Assembly: GCA_964632485.1 (NCBI GenBank)
Contig: CAZWDO010000003.1
Location: 218,204-282,203 of the forward strand
Direction: 5' to 3'
DNA: 64,000 nucleotides
Source of the DNA: an uncultured bacterium
GTDB taxonomy: Bacteria > JAGOEH01
Shown here: positions 37,149 to 47,331 of the stretch, piece by piece
Position numbering within the stretch: the first letter of the stretch is position 1
Layout: every line of letters starts with the position of its first letter
Program-made: the position numbers and the translations under genes
Notes under the pieces: generated by a model
Told to the model about the DNA's origin: nothing
Database searches by the model: none
The model's input: the letters and a program-made list of their open reading frames with translations, nothing else

Positions 37149-37968
37149 ACTCTGGCATTATCAGTTCTTCCTTCATGCGATGGCCGCTATTGGATTGGGG
37201 AGTATTGTGTGTGGGGTGATTGGCACTTATATTGTCAGTCGGCGGATGGTCTTTATTGCCGGCGGAATAACGCACAGCGCCTTTGGAGGAATTGGCCTTG
37301 CGTGGTATCTGGGGTTTCCTCCCTTGTTGGGCGCTACGTTAGTTGCCGTTGCCGTTAGTCTTATCACAGAACACTCCATCCAGCATCGTGAATTCCGTCA
37401 GGATACAATGATTGGCATTCTTTGGTCAATCGGTATGGCTTTCGGGATTGTTTTTGTATCGCAGACGCCCGGGTACGCGCCCAATCTAATGAGCTATCTT
37501 TTTGGAAATATTCTATTGGTCAGCCAGTTCGATTTGTACTTTATGAGTGGTTTGGCCGGATTGGTTATTCTGATTAATTGGGCATGTTATCGGCAAATTA
37601 TATATACAGCGTTTGACCGGGAGTTCATGCTCACCCGGGGTGTAGCGGTAAAGACGATTCAAGTTGTGATGAGCATCCTGATTGCTCTGACCATTGTAAT
37701 TATGATACGGATTGCCGGCATTATGCTGGTGATTTCTCTGTTGACAATTCCCCAAACGACGGCAAATCTTTTTTTTCGTTCCTATAAAAAAATTGTTGTC
37801 GCGTCGATCTTATTAGCTTTAGTTTCAGGGCTGGGGGGACTCGTGGGGGCCTATTATTGGAATTTGCCAACCGGCGCGGCAATTATCATTTTTGCCACAT
37901 TGGTTTACCTCTTGGCAAAATTGGCAAAGACTGGGTTTCGCTTGTGGAAAAAAGTAGATCATGAATAA
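37138..37968 (+). CDS. znuB: Metal ABC transporter permease (ZnuB/TroC family)
   Basis: Eight-TM ABC-3 family permease. Overlaps znuC by 11 bp. Confidence 0.75.
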   Translation: MMVELWHYQFFLHAMAAIGLGSIVCGVIGTYIVSRRMVFIAGGITHSAFGGIGLAWYLGFPPLLGATLVAVAVSLITEHSIQHREFRQDTMIGILWSIGMAFGIVFVSQTPGYAPNLMSYLFGNILLVSQFDLYFMSGLAGLVILINWACYRQIIYTAFDREFMLTRGVAVKTIQVVMSILIALTIVIMIRIAGIMLVISLLTIPQTTANLFFRSYKKIVVASILLALVSGLGGLVGAYYWNLPTGAAIIIFATLVYLLAKLAKTGFRLWKKVDHE

Positions 37969-37973
37969 TATTA

Positions 37974-40019
37974 ATGGATAAAATTCCGGAATTGTTAGCG
38001 CCGGCAGCGTCCCGAAATGCTGCCCTTGAAGCATTTCAGGCAGGCGCAGATGCTGTTTATCTGGGGGTCCCGCGCTTAAACGCGCGCTTGAGGGCGGCAA
38101 ATCTTTCGTTGCATGAGTTGCGCGAATTGTTGCCGCAAGCCCATAAAATGGGTAAAAAAATTTATCTGACTTTAAATACCTTAGTGAAACCCCAGGAATG
38201 GCCCCAATTGAGACAAATTGCCCAGTTTTCACTGATTTTTGGTGTGGATGCGCTTATTATTCAAGATTGGGGTGTTTTGCGCTATTTGCGGGATTTATAT
38301 CCTGAACTCCCTATCCACGCTTCCACTCAAATGTTTACTTATCATCTTGCGGCGTTACAGGAACTAAAAGAGCAGGGTGTGCAGCGGGTAATTCTGCCCC
38401 GTGAGTTGAGTCGGGGCGAAGTCGCCTGGTTGGCGTCGCGTTCACCCCTGGATTTGGAAATTTTTGTTCATGGCGCTCTTTGTTTCTCTTTCTCTGGCGC
38501 TTGCTGGATTTCTGAACTGTTTTATGGAGATTCCGGCAATCGTGGATTATGCCGCCAGATATGCCGCCATCCGTTTCAAACGCGGCAAGGTACGATCCGT
38601 CCGTTTGCCCTGAAGGACTTAGACAACCATCTTCACTTGGATGAGTTTGCCCGTTTGGGTATTGTTTCGCTCAAAATTGAGGGCCGCTTACGATCACTTT
38701 CCTATTTGCGGGAGACTGTCACTATGTACCGCCGTCTGTTAGATGGCGAGAAATTTCAACCAAGGTTTCGTTTTTCCCGTCCCGGAACGGATGGGTATTG
38801 GCGAGGAGAAACCGGGGATTCACTCCTGGCGAGTTCTGATGATAATCAATTGGGCGAGTATGTAGGAATAGTAAAAAATGGCTGGGGTCGGGAGCTTATT
38901 ATTCAGGCTGGAGAAACCCCCTCAATTGGCGCCTCCTTGAGGCTGGTTGCTGAAAACGGCAGGTTTTCAAGCAACGTAACGGTAATTTTTTCAGAACAAA
39001 TAGGAAAAAATATTCAGCGATTGAAAACTGATAAAAATATGGATCGGATTCTTCCCCAAAGCCTGGTTTACTTGACAAACGACCCTCGGGCTGACTTGTT
39101 GATGAAAGCTGCGGTATCTCCTGATGTCAGATTGAAAGGCGAGAGTGAGATTAACCTTCGTATCATCCAGGAAATTGGGAAGCTGCAAGTGTATGGACGT
39201 TTTGTTTTTCCCCGGTTAGCTCCTCTTGACGTTGTGGCGATTGTAAATACGGTAGAGGAACCACTTGTCGCTGAATGTGATGCGCAAATCCTGCAGCAGG
39301 TATGGGGACAGACGGGGAATTATCCCTGGCGGGTAAACTCGGTGGAGTTGCATGTTACTCAAAATTTTGGCTATCGCTTTTGGAAGCGGACGCGGAGGGA
39401 ACTCTTCCAGCAGTTCCATATTCAATGGCAACACTATCAACGTGAACAATTGCGCCGGATTGAACCAGTTGCATTTTCGTCAACCATCTCTGCGCCGGTT
39501 TTTCAGTTGCGTGAACTTTTCAATATTCCTAATGACTTTACCGTAACCTCCAATGATACGTTCCTTGGATCCCAGATTCTGGCGACTCAACTCCTGGAGC
39601 GAGGGATGGAGCCGGGGCGGCTTTGGGTGCGATTGCCGCTTTTTTTTTCCCCCTTGCATGAAGAAGATTTTAAAATTAAAATGGAGGAATGGGTCAGAAA
39701 AGGATGTAATTTATGCTTAACTCATTGGGGACAGATCCCTATGGCGCGATCTCTGAATATTAAATGGATTGGCTACTATACGCTCAACTGTATCAACCCT
39801 TTGATGGAGAAATGGTTGAGCAGTCAGGGGATGTCTGGTATTGTGATCCGGCCTCTGGCTCCTGTTGTCGAACCCCGGAGAGCGGTTCTTCTCGATACAT
39901 CCCGAGTTCTGGCTATGATCTACCGGCCAGATGTATCTCCTTGTGAATTAGGTTATAATGGCCGTACTCTTTATGTGGAAAAGGAAGATGAAGCTCACCT
40001 GCTTTGGGCTGGTTTATGA
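37974..40019 (+). CDS. Peptidase U32 family protein (YhbU/RlhA-like) with a ~250-aa C-terminal extension
   Basis: LLAPAASRNAALEAFQAGADAVYLG...IYLTLNTLV...IIQDWG...IHASTQM...IEGR are U32 core motifs. Confidence 0.75.
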   Translation: MDKIPELLAPAASRNAALEAFQAGADAVYLGVPRLNARLRAANLSLHELRELLPQAHKMGKKIYLTLNTLVKPQEWPQLRQIAQFSLIFGVDALIIQDWGVLRYLRDLYPELPIHASTQMFTYHLAALQELKEQGVQRVILPRELSRGEVAWLASRSPLDLEIFVHGALCFSFSGACWISELFYGDSGNRGLCRQICRHPFQTRQGTIRPFALKDLDNHLHLDEFARLGIVSLKIEGRLRSLSYLRETVTMYRRLLDGEKFQPRFRFSRPGTDGYWRGETGDSLLASSDDNQLGEYVGIVKNGWGRELIIQAGETPSIGASLRLVAENGRFSSNVTVIFSEQIGKNIQRLKTDKNMDRILPQSLVYLTNDPRADLLMKAAVSPDVRLKGESEINLRIIQEIGKLQVYGRFVFPRLAPLDVVAIVNTVEEPLVAECDAQILQQVWGQTGNYPWRVNSVELHVTQNFGYRFWKRTRRELFQQFHIQWQHYQREQLRRIEPVAFSSTISAPVFQLRELFNIPNDFTVTSNDTFLGSQILATQLLERGMEPGRLWVRLPLFFSPLHEEDFKIKMEEWVRKGCNLCLTHWGQIPMARSLNIKWIGYYTLNCINPLMEKWLSSQGMSGIVIRPLAPVVEPRRAVLLDTSRVLAMIYRPDVSPCELGYNGRTLYVEKEDEAHLLWAGL

Positions 40020-40124
40020 TATCGCTTGAAAATTATGGGTAAACTATGATTATAAGTATTGAAATCATGGACGAATGCTTATTGACAATCTATCAGCAAT
40101 TTTCGGAAAAGGGATAAAAAAATC

Positions 40125-40153
40125 TTGACAAATACTTAATAGTTTTTTATTAT
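40125..40153 (+). promoter_or_regulatory. Sigma70-type promoter upstream of the SIS-protein gene
   Basis: TTGACA - 17 bp - TATTAT. Confidence 0.35.
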
Positions 40154-40290
40154 TTAGCATTAAGATTGCCGAACGCTCTATAATGTTTGAATTAAAGAAG
40201 GAGCAATCTGGGCAGATTCCGTGTGTGAATGTATAACTTGCTATGGTGCAATGATGAATGATTGTTTGAATAATAGAAGGAGGCTCTTCG

Positions 40291-42033
40291 ATGACATTAT
40301 CCAGCATTACGGAAATGGCCAACGAATTGACAGATGAGATTGATATTGCTTCGGCGGAAGAGATGCTGAGATTGTTGAGGCAAACGGATCAGCAGATGTT
40401 TGAAGGATATAAAGCTTATGAAAGTATGAAGGATCAGCCTTTCCGGGATCGGCTGGCGCGCGCGGTAGCGCTTATTCGTCAGTTTGAAAATGCAGCTAAG
40501 GAAACAGACCAAAAATTTAAGATCATTTTATCTGGCGCCGGGACGTCGGGCCGTTTGGCCATGTTAATCGCCCGGCAATTCAACCAGGCTCTTGCCGGAA
40601 GCGGCGTAGCGGTAGAGTTTGATTATCTGATCGCCGGTAGTGATTTAGCTCTGATCAAGGCGCAGGAAGGGGCCGAGGATGACCCGCTTCAGGGACGCCA
40701 GGATTTGTTGGAAAAGACCCAGGGCACGAATATTTTTATCTATATTGGAATTACATGCGGATTTTCCGCTCCGTATGTAGCCGGGCAGTTGGATTATGCC
40801 GTATATGAACGTAACCAGGCGGCTTTTCTAATTGGCTTTAATCCTCCGGATCGGGCCCGTCGCAATACCCCTGAAAATTGGGATAAAAGTTTTTACCAGG
40901 TTGTCAATGAATTAATTGGCAATGAGCGGTTTGAGCTGCTTAATCCAGTCGTGGGCCCGGAACCGATAACCGGATCGACCCGCATGAAGGGTGGCAGCGC
41001 GACCAAGATGATTCTTGAGATTTTATTCACTCTGGCTTACTTGCCCAGGGCTGAATCTCTCTGGCCTGAGTTGGCTGTTTTAGGCGTCAATGAGCCAATG
41101 GATGGATATCGCAGTTTATTGGCCGGATTTCAGCGCGCTAAAGATTATGTGTATGAGCAGACTGAAAAGATTGCGCCGGCGCTAATTTCAGCCGGAGAAT
41201 CGTTGAAACATAATGGACATATCTATTACTTGGGTGAAGATGTCGCCGGTTGTCTGGGGATTGTTGACGCTTCTGAATGCCCTCCGACTTATGGCGCTGA
41301 TTTTCATGATATTCGTGGATTTATTGAAAATGGTTGGGCGGGATTCTCTCCCACCAGTCGTGATCTCTCTACCGTAGATTCGCTTTTTGACATCGGTTTT
41401 GATAGTTTTCAAGCTCATTGTCTGCCAACACTGGGGATCAATGATTTAGTCGTCATAACCGGAAGCGACGGGTTCCATGCGAAGCAGGTCCAATGGATTG
41501 ATGTCTGTAAGGAAAAAGGCGCTCGATTATTCCGAGTTTTATTGGCGCAAAGGCGGCATACCAGTTCTCTAACTGATTTCGACCTCGTTTTGGATGCCAA
41601 TGAATTTCAGGCAACAACACCGTGGGAAATTGGATTGGCCGTCAAGTTAGTTTTTAACGCAATTACGACTGCTGCCCACGTGTTTAAAGGCAAGGTTTAT
41701 AAAAACCGTATGGTTGATTTGCGTATCAGCAATAATAAACTTTATTATCGCAGTATTAATATTATTAAGGAACTGATGCGCGTTGATAGTGAACGGGCTG
41801 AAATCTGTGTCCTGCGGGCTATTTACGGGAGCGATACTATTTCTGAGGAGACGCTTACTGCGCCTATTTCACACCATGTGGCCCATGCGGTCGCACAGGG
41901 GAAAATTGTTCCACTGGCGCTGATTATGGCGGCGAGCGATTCTACCTATAACCAAGCTCTCGATCATTTAAGCCGGCAACCGGTGATTCGTCATGTCGTT
42001 GAAGAATTCCAGAAGGAGCAACGCCATCTATGA
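40291..42033 (+). CDS. Double-SIS-domain protein of the MurQ/glucokinase-regulatory-protein (GCKR) family
   Basis: GAGTSGRL (N-terminal SIS) and GIVDASECPPTYGADF (MurQ/GCKR hallmark) are separated by ~230 aa. Length 580 aa, compared with ~300 aa for MurQ. Confidence 0.6.
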   Translation: MTLSSITEMANELTDEIDIASAEEMLRLLRQTDQQMFEGYKAYESMKDQPFRDRLARAVALIRQFENAAKETDQKFKIILSGAGTSGRLAMLIARQFNQALAGSGVAVEFDYLIAGSDLALIKAQEGAEDDPLQGRQDLLEKTQGTNIFIYIGITCGFSAPYVAGQLDYAVYERNQAAFLIGFNPPDRARRNTPENWDKSFYQVVNELIGNERFELLNPVVGPEPITGSTRMKGGSATKMILEILFTLAYLPRAESLWPELAVLGVNEPMDGYRSLLAGFQRAKDYVYEQTEKIAPALISAGESLKHNGHIYYLGEDVAGCLGIVDASECPPTYGADFHDIRGFIENGWAGFSPTSRDLSTVDSLFDIGFDSFQAHCLPTLGINDLVVITGSDGFHAKQVQWIDVCKEKGARLFRVLLAQRRHTSSLTDFDLVLDANEFQATTPWEIGLAVKLVFNAITTAAHVFKGKVYKNRMVDLRISNNKLYYRSINIIKELMRVDSERAEICVLRAIYGSDTISEETLTAPISHHVAHAVAQGKIVPLALIMAASDSTYNQALDHLSRQPVIRHVVEEFQKEQRHL

Positions 42034-43154
42034 AAATAATAGTGTTAATTTTTTCCGTGTTTATTTTAGTCAGTTGTTATCCTTTTAAAAAACAACCGGT
42101 CGTCAGCCTGACGCCCCGGGAACTTGAATTGGCTCAGGCGCGGGGAATCGACGGCGAAGATCTGGCCCGCTGGCAGGCTCTACCCCTTAATAAACTGACT
42201 CCACTTGAGCTGGATCGCTATCTGGGTTTTATCCATGAATTCATTCCGAATCTGCGCCAACGAGTTCAATATTTGGCCCGAAAAAATTTAGGCCAGCCTT
42301 ATCAAATTTATCTTCTCGGAGAATTTCCGTTTGAAATTTATGATGAACAACCGCTTTTTTGTCTTGAAAAAAGCGATTGCGTCGTTTTTTCTGAGCATAC
42401 CTATGCCATGGCTTTGGCTCAAAATTGGCGCGAGTTTTTTATTATTTTGCAACGGATTCGTTATAAAAACGGAATAATCGGAATGCTGACACGTAACCAT
42501 TATACAGAATTGGATTGGGATAAAAATAATAATTGGCTGGTGGAAGATATCACTGATTCGATTGCTTCTCAATTTGCGAAAAGGGATACGGTTATTATCG
42601 ATAAACGTAAGTTTTTTAAGCGGTTTAATATTGGACAGGAATTACTTGCCGACACCTTGGAATTGAGCTACATCCCGGCAGAATATGTAAAAGATGTCCT
42701 TCAATTTCTGCAACCGGGTGATTTTGTAAATATTGTACGTGGACCTGAAAACAGTAAGGATGGCGATAAATATGTCGGGCATGTGGGATTGATCACGCGT
42801 AAAAGTGATGGAACCGTGTGTTTTCTCCATTCAACCTGGCCCCAGGTGATGGAACAACCGCTGACCAGTGTTTATTTTCCCTATGATGAATATAATGGGC
42901 GGCGCAAAGCTGAAAATGATGAAATTCGCCAGTATAATGAAGGAATTCGCAAGAAATATGCCGGAAATGAGCAGCAAATAAAGAAAAAAATTAAAGCCGT
43001 CAAGCCCTTGTTTTATGGTTTTAAGTTCTTACGGTTACGGGAAAATCCGTTAGGGACGCTAAAATCGTTGGAAAATGAGAACGATAGTCTGTTGATCCGT
43101 TCCGGAGTAGCTTGGCCTGAATCTATTACCATTAATCCTGAGACGGAAAAATGA
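42030..43154 (+). CDS. Lipoprotein, DUF1460-like (putative amidase/peptidase-like) hypothetical protein
   Basis: Lipobox ILVSC. ATGA-coupled to the upstream SIS gene. Weak resemblance to the DUF1460 family, often found near murQ. Confidence 0.35.
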   Translation: MKIIVLIFSVFILVSCYPFKKQPVVSLTPRELELAQARGIDGEDLARWQALPLNKLTPLELDRYLGFIHEFIPNLRQRVQYLARKNLGQPYQIYLLGEFPFEIYDEQPLFCLEKSDCVVFSEHTYAMALAQNWREFFIILQRIRYKNGIIGMLTRNHYTELDWDKNNNWLVEDITDSIASQFAKRDTVIIDKRKFFKRFNIGQELLADTLELSYIPAEYVKDVLQFLQPGDFVNIVRGPENSKDGDKYVGHVGLITRKSDGTVCFLHSTWPQVMEQPLTSVYFPYDEYNGRRKAENDEIRQYNEGIRKKYAGNEQQIKKKIKAVKPLFYGFKFLRLRENPLGTLKSLENENDSLLIRSGVAWPESITINPETEK

Positions 43155-44107
43155 GCTCTTCTCGATCGAAATATTTCTGGTTTTGGTTAAAACTCACCAT
43201 TACCGCTCTATTGATCCTTTTTTTGATTTGTATGTTCGATTGGAATCGGATTTTCGATATCATTCAACATTTATCGATATTCGATCTGTTTATAGCGGCA
43301 TTTGTCTGGATTATTTCACTTTTAGTAACAACTTCACGTTGGTATATCCTGAGTATTCCTCTGCAATGCAACACGCGATTTTGGCAATTGTTCCGGTTTT
43401 ATTATATCGGATTCTTTTTCAATACTTTTTTACCTTCCAGTATTGGGGGTGATCTTTACCGTATCTATCGTGTTAATAAAGAATTATCTTCGAAAAGCCA
43501 GGCAGCGGCCCTTGTTTTTGTAGAGCGCTTGATCGGTTTTTTTGCAATTGCTTTTATGGCCTCATTTTCGCTCTTTTTTATTCAAATCAACAAATTCAGT
43601 AATGAGTTCCGCTATCTTGCGTTTGGTTCTTTTTTAATCTTGTTAGCTGTTCTGCTCTTGAGTTTCAATGAACGGGTTATACTCCACATGTCGCGGTTGT
43701 TGAAAAAAATTTCTTATTTTCATCTTGGTGAACGGTTGAATCAGTTTTATGAAAAAATTTACCATTTTCGTAATTATAAATTATATTTATATATGGGTTT
43801 TATCATTTCCATTATTTATCAGTTGATTGTGATTTATCTTTTTTATTTTGTCGCGCGGGCTATGGATTATACAATAGGATATATGTATATGGTTTTATTC
43901 GTTTCACTATCGAGTATTGTCAGTCTGATTCCTTTCAGCTTGGGCGGGTTCGGATATCGGGAGATCAGCTATGCGCTACTCTTTCAGGCGATCGGTTTAG
44001 CGCGTGAAGATGGAATTGCTTTGTCAATAATCGTCGTAGTGATAACTTCAATCATCAATGCCGGGGGAGGTATTTTTTATATATTGGATAAAAATTTAAA
44101 AAGTTGA
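43151..44107 (+). CDS. UPF0104/flippase-like (lysyl-PG synthase TM-domain-like) membrane protein
   Basis: Multi-TM protein; the ...FLPSSIGGDLYRIY... motif is characteristic of the TIGR00374/LPG_synthase_TM family. ATGA-coupled upstream. Confidence 0.6.
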   Translation: MSSSRSKYFWFWLKLTITALLILFLICMFDWNRIFDIIQHLSIFDLFIAAFVWIISLLVTTSRWYILSIPLQCNTRFWQLFRFYYIGFFFNTFLPSSIGGDLYRIYRVNKELSSKSQAAALVFVERLIGFFAIAFMASFSLFFIQINKFSNEFRYLAFGSFLILLAVLLLSFNERVILHMSRLLKKISYFHLGERLNQFYEKIYHFRNYKLYLYMGFIISIIYQLIVIYLFYFVARAMDYTIGYMYMVLFVSLSSIVSLIPFSLGGFGYREISYALLFQAIGLAREDGIALSIIVVVITSIINAGGGIFYILDKNLKS

Positions 44108-44152
44108 CAGATACTGAAAATGGATTATATTAAATAAAAAAGGAGGGTCTGC

Positions 44153-44968
44153 ATGGCTAATGATAAAGTTGATCTGAGATCAAAAGATGATCTGGTTGAA
44201 CGCTTGCGGATGTCGATTGACAAATTAAGTTATTTTATTCGCATCGCCGAAGAGATCGCTGAGAATAAAAGTTTATCTCCTCAAGTGCAGGAATTTATTG
44301 AGGTGCTGAAGGATATCAGGATGGTGCCGGATGAATTGGGATCAACGCCATTGTTAATTGAAGAAACGATCAAATTTGTGGAAGGAATTGTGGGAGAAGT
44401 CCACCTTGTTCGAGTTCAGATTGAAAATAGTTTTTCTGAAAGCGGGGCATTAAAAACAGCGGTGCAAACTCTGGATCTGATTCCCGATTCGACCTTACGC
44501 GCGACAGACCAGATACTGAATACTTTGGACAATATCATGGCGCGGGAAGGTGAAATGTCGGAAATTATCAATCAACTGACTGAGAAAAAATCGGAATTCG
44601 ATGAAACGATGCAAGGGAATGTTGATCGGTTGCAGGAAATATTTACTGAGAATCAAAACGAACATTTTGCGATCATGGATGCGCTTCAGTTCCAGGATAT
44701 TACTACCCAGCAAATTCAGCATGTGAATGATTTGCTTGAAAATACTGAAAAAAAATTGAATGAACTGGCTTTGAAATTGAAGGGACTTGATGAAGCGGAT
44801 ATTCGCAATATTATCAAGGCAGCATCAAAACCGGAACGGGTTTATGACCCGAACGCTGAATTCAAGCATCGCGAATCCGAACAGAACTTTGCGGATGAGT
44901 TGTATGAGCAAAAAGAAACGATGAAGCAGGACGATATTGAATCTCTTTTATCGCAATTCGGGAAATAG
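44153..44968 (+). CDS. Acidic coiled-coil hypothetical protein with a CheZ-like phosphatase active-site motif
   Basis: ALQFQDITTQQIQHV, compared with E. coli CheZ DFQDLTGQVIKR (catalytic D and Q with identical spacing). Otherwise predicted helical. Confidence 0.35.
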   Translation: MANDKVDLRSKDDLVERLRMSIDKLSYFIRIAEEIAENKSLSPQVQEFIEVLKDIRMVPDELGSTPLLIEETIKFVEGIVGEVHLVRVQIENSFSESGALKTAVQTLDLIPDSTLRATDQILNTLDNIMAREGEMSEIINQLTEKKSEFDETMQGNVDRLQEIFTENQNEHFAIMDALQFQDITTQQIQHVNDLLENTEKKLNELALKLKGLDEADIRNIIKAASKPERVYDPNAEFKHRESEQNFADELYEQKETMKQDDIESLLSQFGK

Positions 44969-44973
44969 TCATT

Positions 44974-45348
44974 ATGCAATTGGCTGAATTAATCGAAAAA
45001 CTCCAGGGGGTTTGGTTGACGAAGGAAATACAAAGCGCGGTTGATGTCCATTATGTGGGGGCCGCTGATTTGATGAGCGATATTTTAGCGTTAACTTCCC
45101 ATCCCATGTTGTTGATCACCGGATTGACCGCTATTCAAACCGTACGAACCGCTGAAATGTCCGGGCATATTCAGGCAATTGTGTTTGTGAGGGGGAAAAA
45201 CGCCGATATCAATACAATCCGTTTAGCTGAAGAAAACGAAATTCCATTAATTACTACCCGTTTGACAATGTATGAATGCTGTGGTATTCTATATCAGGCG
45301 GGGATATTACCAGTTCCTTTAAAGCAACACCATGATACAAGCCTTTAA
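44974..45348 (+). CDS. DRTGG-domain protein
   Basis: HPMLLITGLTAIQTV...IQAIVFVRG...IPLITTRLTMYE matches the DRTGG fold pattern. Confidence 0.5.
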   Translation: MQLAELIEKLQGVWLTKEIQSAVDVHYVGAADLMSDILALTSHPMLLITGLTAIQTVRTAEMSGHIQAIVFVRGKNADINTIRLAEENEIPLITTRLTMYECCGILYQAGILPVPLKQHHDTSL

Positions 45349-45790
45349 TAATGGCACAATCCGTGTCAAGTTTTCCATTCTTAAAGATTTTTCTTCGGCG
45401 GGTAATGCTTCTTCCGGTTTAAAGAAGATTTTAAAATCGGTGGGAATCGTTCCTGATTTGATTCGGCGGGCAGCAATTGCCTCTTTTGAAGCTGAGGTGA
45501 ATGTTGTCGCTCATGCCAACGGCGGAGAGATGGATGTCTTGATTTCGCCTGAAAAGCTGACGGTAGTAATTCGTGATAAAGGACCCGGTATTCCGGATAT
45601 TGAAAAAGCGATGACTCCCGGTTTTTCTACAGCGAATGATGAAGTTCGCAGTATGGGGTTTGGCGCGGGGATGGGGTTACCCAATATTAGAAGTAATACC
45701 GATGAAATGCGCATCGATACAGAATTGGGCATCGGTACAGTATTAACCTTTGTGATTTTTCTGCAAGGAGATGGGCGTGCGGTCACATAG
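45332..45790 (+). CDS. Anti-sigma-factor-like serine kinase (GHKL ATPase, RsbW/SpoIIAB family)
   Basis: EAEVNVVAHANGGEMDV...IRDKGPGIPDIEKA...GFGAGMGLPNI are the N-, G1- and G2-boxes. Confidence 0.6.
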   Translation: MIQAFNNGTIRVKFSILKDFSSAGNASSGLKKILKSVGIVPDLIRRAAIASFEAEVNVVAHANGGEMDVLISPEKLTVVIRDKGPGIPDIEKAMTPGFSTANDEVRSMGFGAGMGLPNIRSNTDEMRIDTELGIGTVLTFVIFLQGDGRAVT

Positions 45791-46994
45791 TATTCAGTTA
45801 TTGGAAGAACGGTGCCTGGGGTGTACCAATTGCTTAAAAGTCTGCCCGGTGCAAGCCATTCGGGTTCGTGACGGAATTGCGCATATTAACGAGAAGCTAT
45901 GCATCGATTGTGGCGAATGTGTCCGGGTTTGCCCCTATCATGCGCATGAAATTATTACAGACGATCTGTCGCTGGCGCGGAAAAGCTCTTTTCGGGTTTT
46001 GATTGTTCCGACAAGTTTTTGGGGCCAGTTTCCGTTGCTTCCTGTGGAGTTGATCCTGGCCGCTCTCGAGCAACTGGGATTCCAGGCTGTTATCAGCGAG
46101 AATGTCGGATTTTCCCTTTTTGAACAACAACTACATAAATATTTGCAGGAGCATTCCTATTCCAATCGCACCTATATATTACCGAATTGTCCGGCCGTTG
46201 TCCGTTTAATCTTCATCCGCTTTCCCAGCCTTATCGCTCATATCCTGCCGGTAAAAAATACGTTAGAAATGACGGCGGCCTATGCCGATTACTACTTTCG
46301 AGATGTTCTGCATATTCCTGACCCGTCTATTTTTTATTTAAGCACATGTTCGGCTAAGGTTACCGCTATCAGTTCTCCGATTGGTGAACGCAATTGCATA
46401 GTGAAAGGCGCTTTTTCCATTAAGACGTTGTTTAACCGGATTAAGGCCATGGAAAGTCAAAAGCCGGTTTTAAGCGAGAAATTTATATTTTTATATACGC
46501 CTTTTCAGCGGACAACCATTTTGAATGAATATGACCGGTTAAATCTGACGGGAGTGGATTATATTCTGGATATTTTTGATAAGCTCGAAAACAATCAAAA
46601 CTATCAATTAGATCTGATTAACCCGTATTATTGTGTGAATGGATGCCGCAATGGCATTTTACAGGTTCAGAATCCATTTTTAGCCAAGAAATTTTTATCC
46701 CGTAAAAATTGGATTCGTGAGCCTTTGGATGTTAAATTGAGCGATTTGCCCTTTGATTTGTATTTATCGCAGAATATTCACCAAATCCGTCTGGTGGAAG
46801 AGGAGACCGATTTGCTTTCAAAGCTTCAACGCTTACAAAAAATAGAGGATTTATATCGCAACTTACCCCATTTGGATTGTGGCAGTTGCGGTTCGCCAAA
46901 TTGTTATGCGTTTGCAGAAGATGTTGTCCAGTGCCAAGCCCAAATCTCGATGTGCGCGTTCCATCAAAATGAGGAGGCGGAAAATCATGACTGA
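45771..46994 (+). CDS. [FeFe]-hydrogenase-like Fe-S protein (two ferredoxin 4Fe-4S motifs, degenerate H-cluster domain, C-terminal Cys-rich Fe-S domain); likely sensory/regulatory
   Basis: CLGCTNCLKVCP and CIDCGECVRVCP. Hydrogenase-like segments LPNCPAV / STCSAK / CVNGCRNG are in the positions of motifs L1-L3 but incomplete. The C-terminus reads LDCGSCGSPNCYAFAEDVVQC. Confidence 0.55.
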   Translation: MGVRSHSIQLLEERCLGCTNCLKVCPVQAIRVRDGIAHINEKLCIDCGECVRVCPYHAHEIITDDLSLARKSSFRVLIVPTSFWGQFPLLPVELILAALEQLGFQAVISENVGFSLFEQQLHKYLQEHSYSNRTYILPNCPAVVRLIFIRFPSLIAHILPVKNTLEMTAAYADYYFRDVLHIPDPSIFYLSTCSAKVTAISSPIGERNCIVKGAFSIKTLFNRIKAMESQKPVLSEKFIFLYTPFQRTTILNEYDRLNLTGVDYILDIFDKLENNQNYQLDLINPYYCVNGCRNGILQVQNPFLAKKFLSRKNWIREPLDVKLSDLPFDLYLSQNIHQIRLVEEETDLLSKLQRLQKIEDLYRNLPHLDCGSCGSPNCYAFAEDVVQCQAQISMCAFHQNEEAENHD

Positions 46995-47331
46995 TTTGAA
47001 ATCGATTGTACAAGCGCTTCAATTGACTGTGGTTACAGGGCTCGAACAATTAGACCGTCCTGTAACCGGTGTGTATATTTCCGACTTATTGAGTGATGTG
47101 ATGGGGAAGTCGCAAAGCGGCCAACTCTGGTTGACGATACAGGGCCATACTAACGTAGTTGCCGTAGCGGTTTTAAAGGATTTACAGGGAATCATCCTGA
47201 CCGGCGGCAATGAATTTGATGCGGGAGCGATTCAAAAAGCGAAGGATGAGGAAATTATACTGTTGAAATCGACGCTTTCCACGTACGCCGTGGCATGCGC
47301 TCTGTTTCAGCAGGGTCTTTTGCCTGAATGA
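46987..47331 (+). CDS. DRTGG-domain protein (second copy)
   Basis: LTVVTGLEQ...HTNVVAVAVLKDLQGIILTGGNEFD; start inferred at the ATG overlapping the upstream stop. Confidence 0.5.
   Translation: MTDLKSIVQALQLTVVTGLEQLDRPVTGVYISDLLSDVMGKSQSGQLWLTIQGHTNVVAVAVLKDLQGIILTGGNEFDAGAIQKAKDEEIILLKSTLSTYAVACALFQQGLLPE

Noticed and set aside
44153-44968. Assignment of the CheZ-like protein as part of a chemotaxis operon
   Set aside because: There are no cheA/W/Y/R/B genes or MCPs in the window. It is kept only as a motif-level observation.
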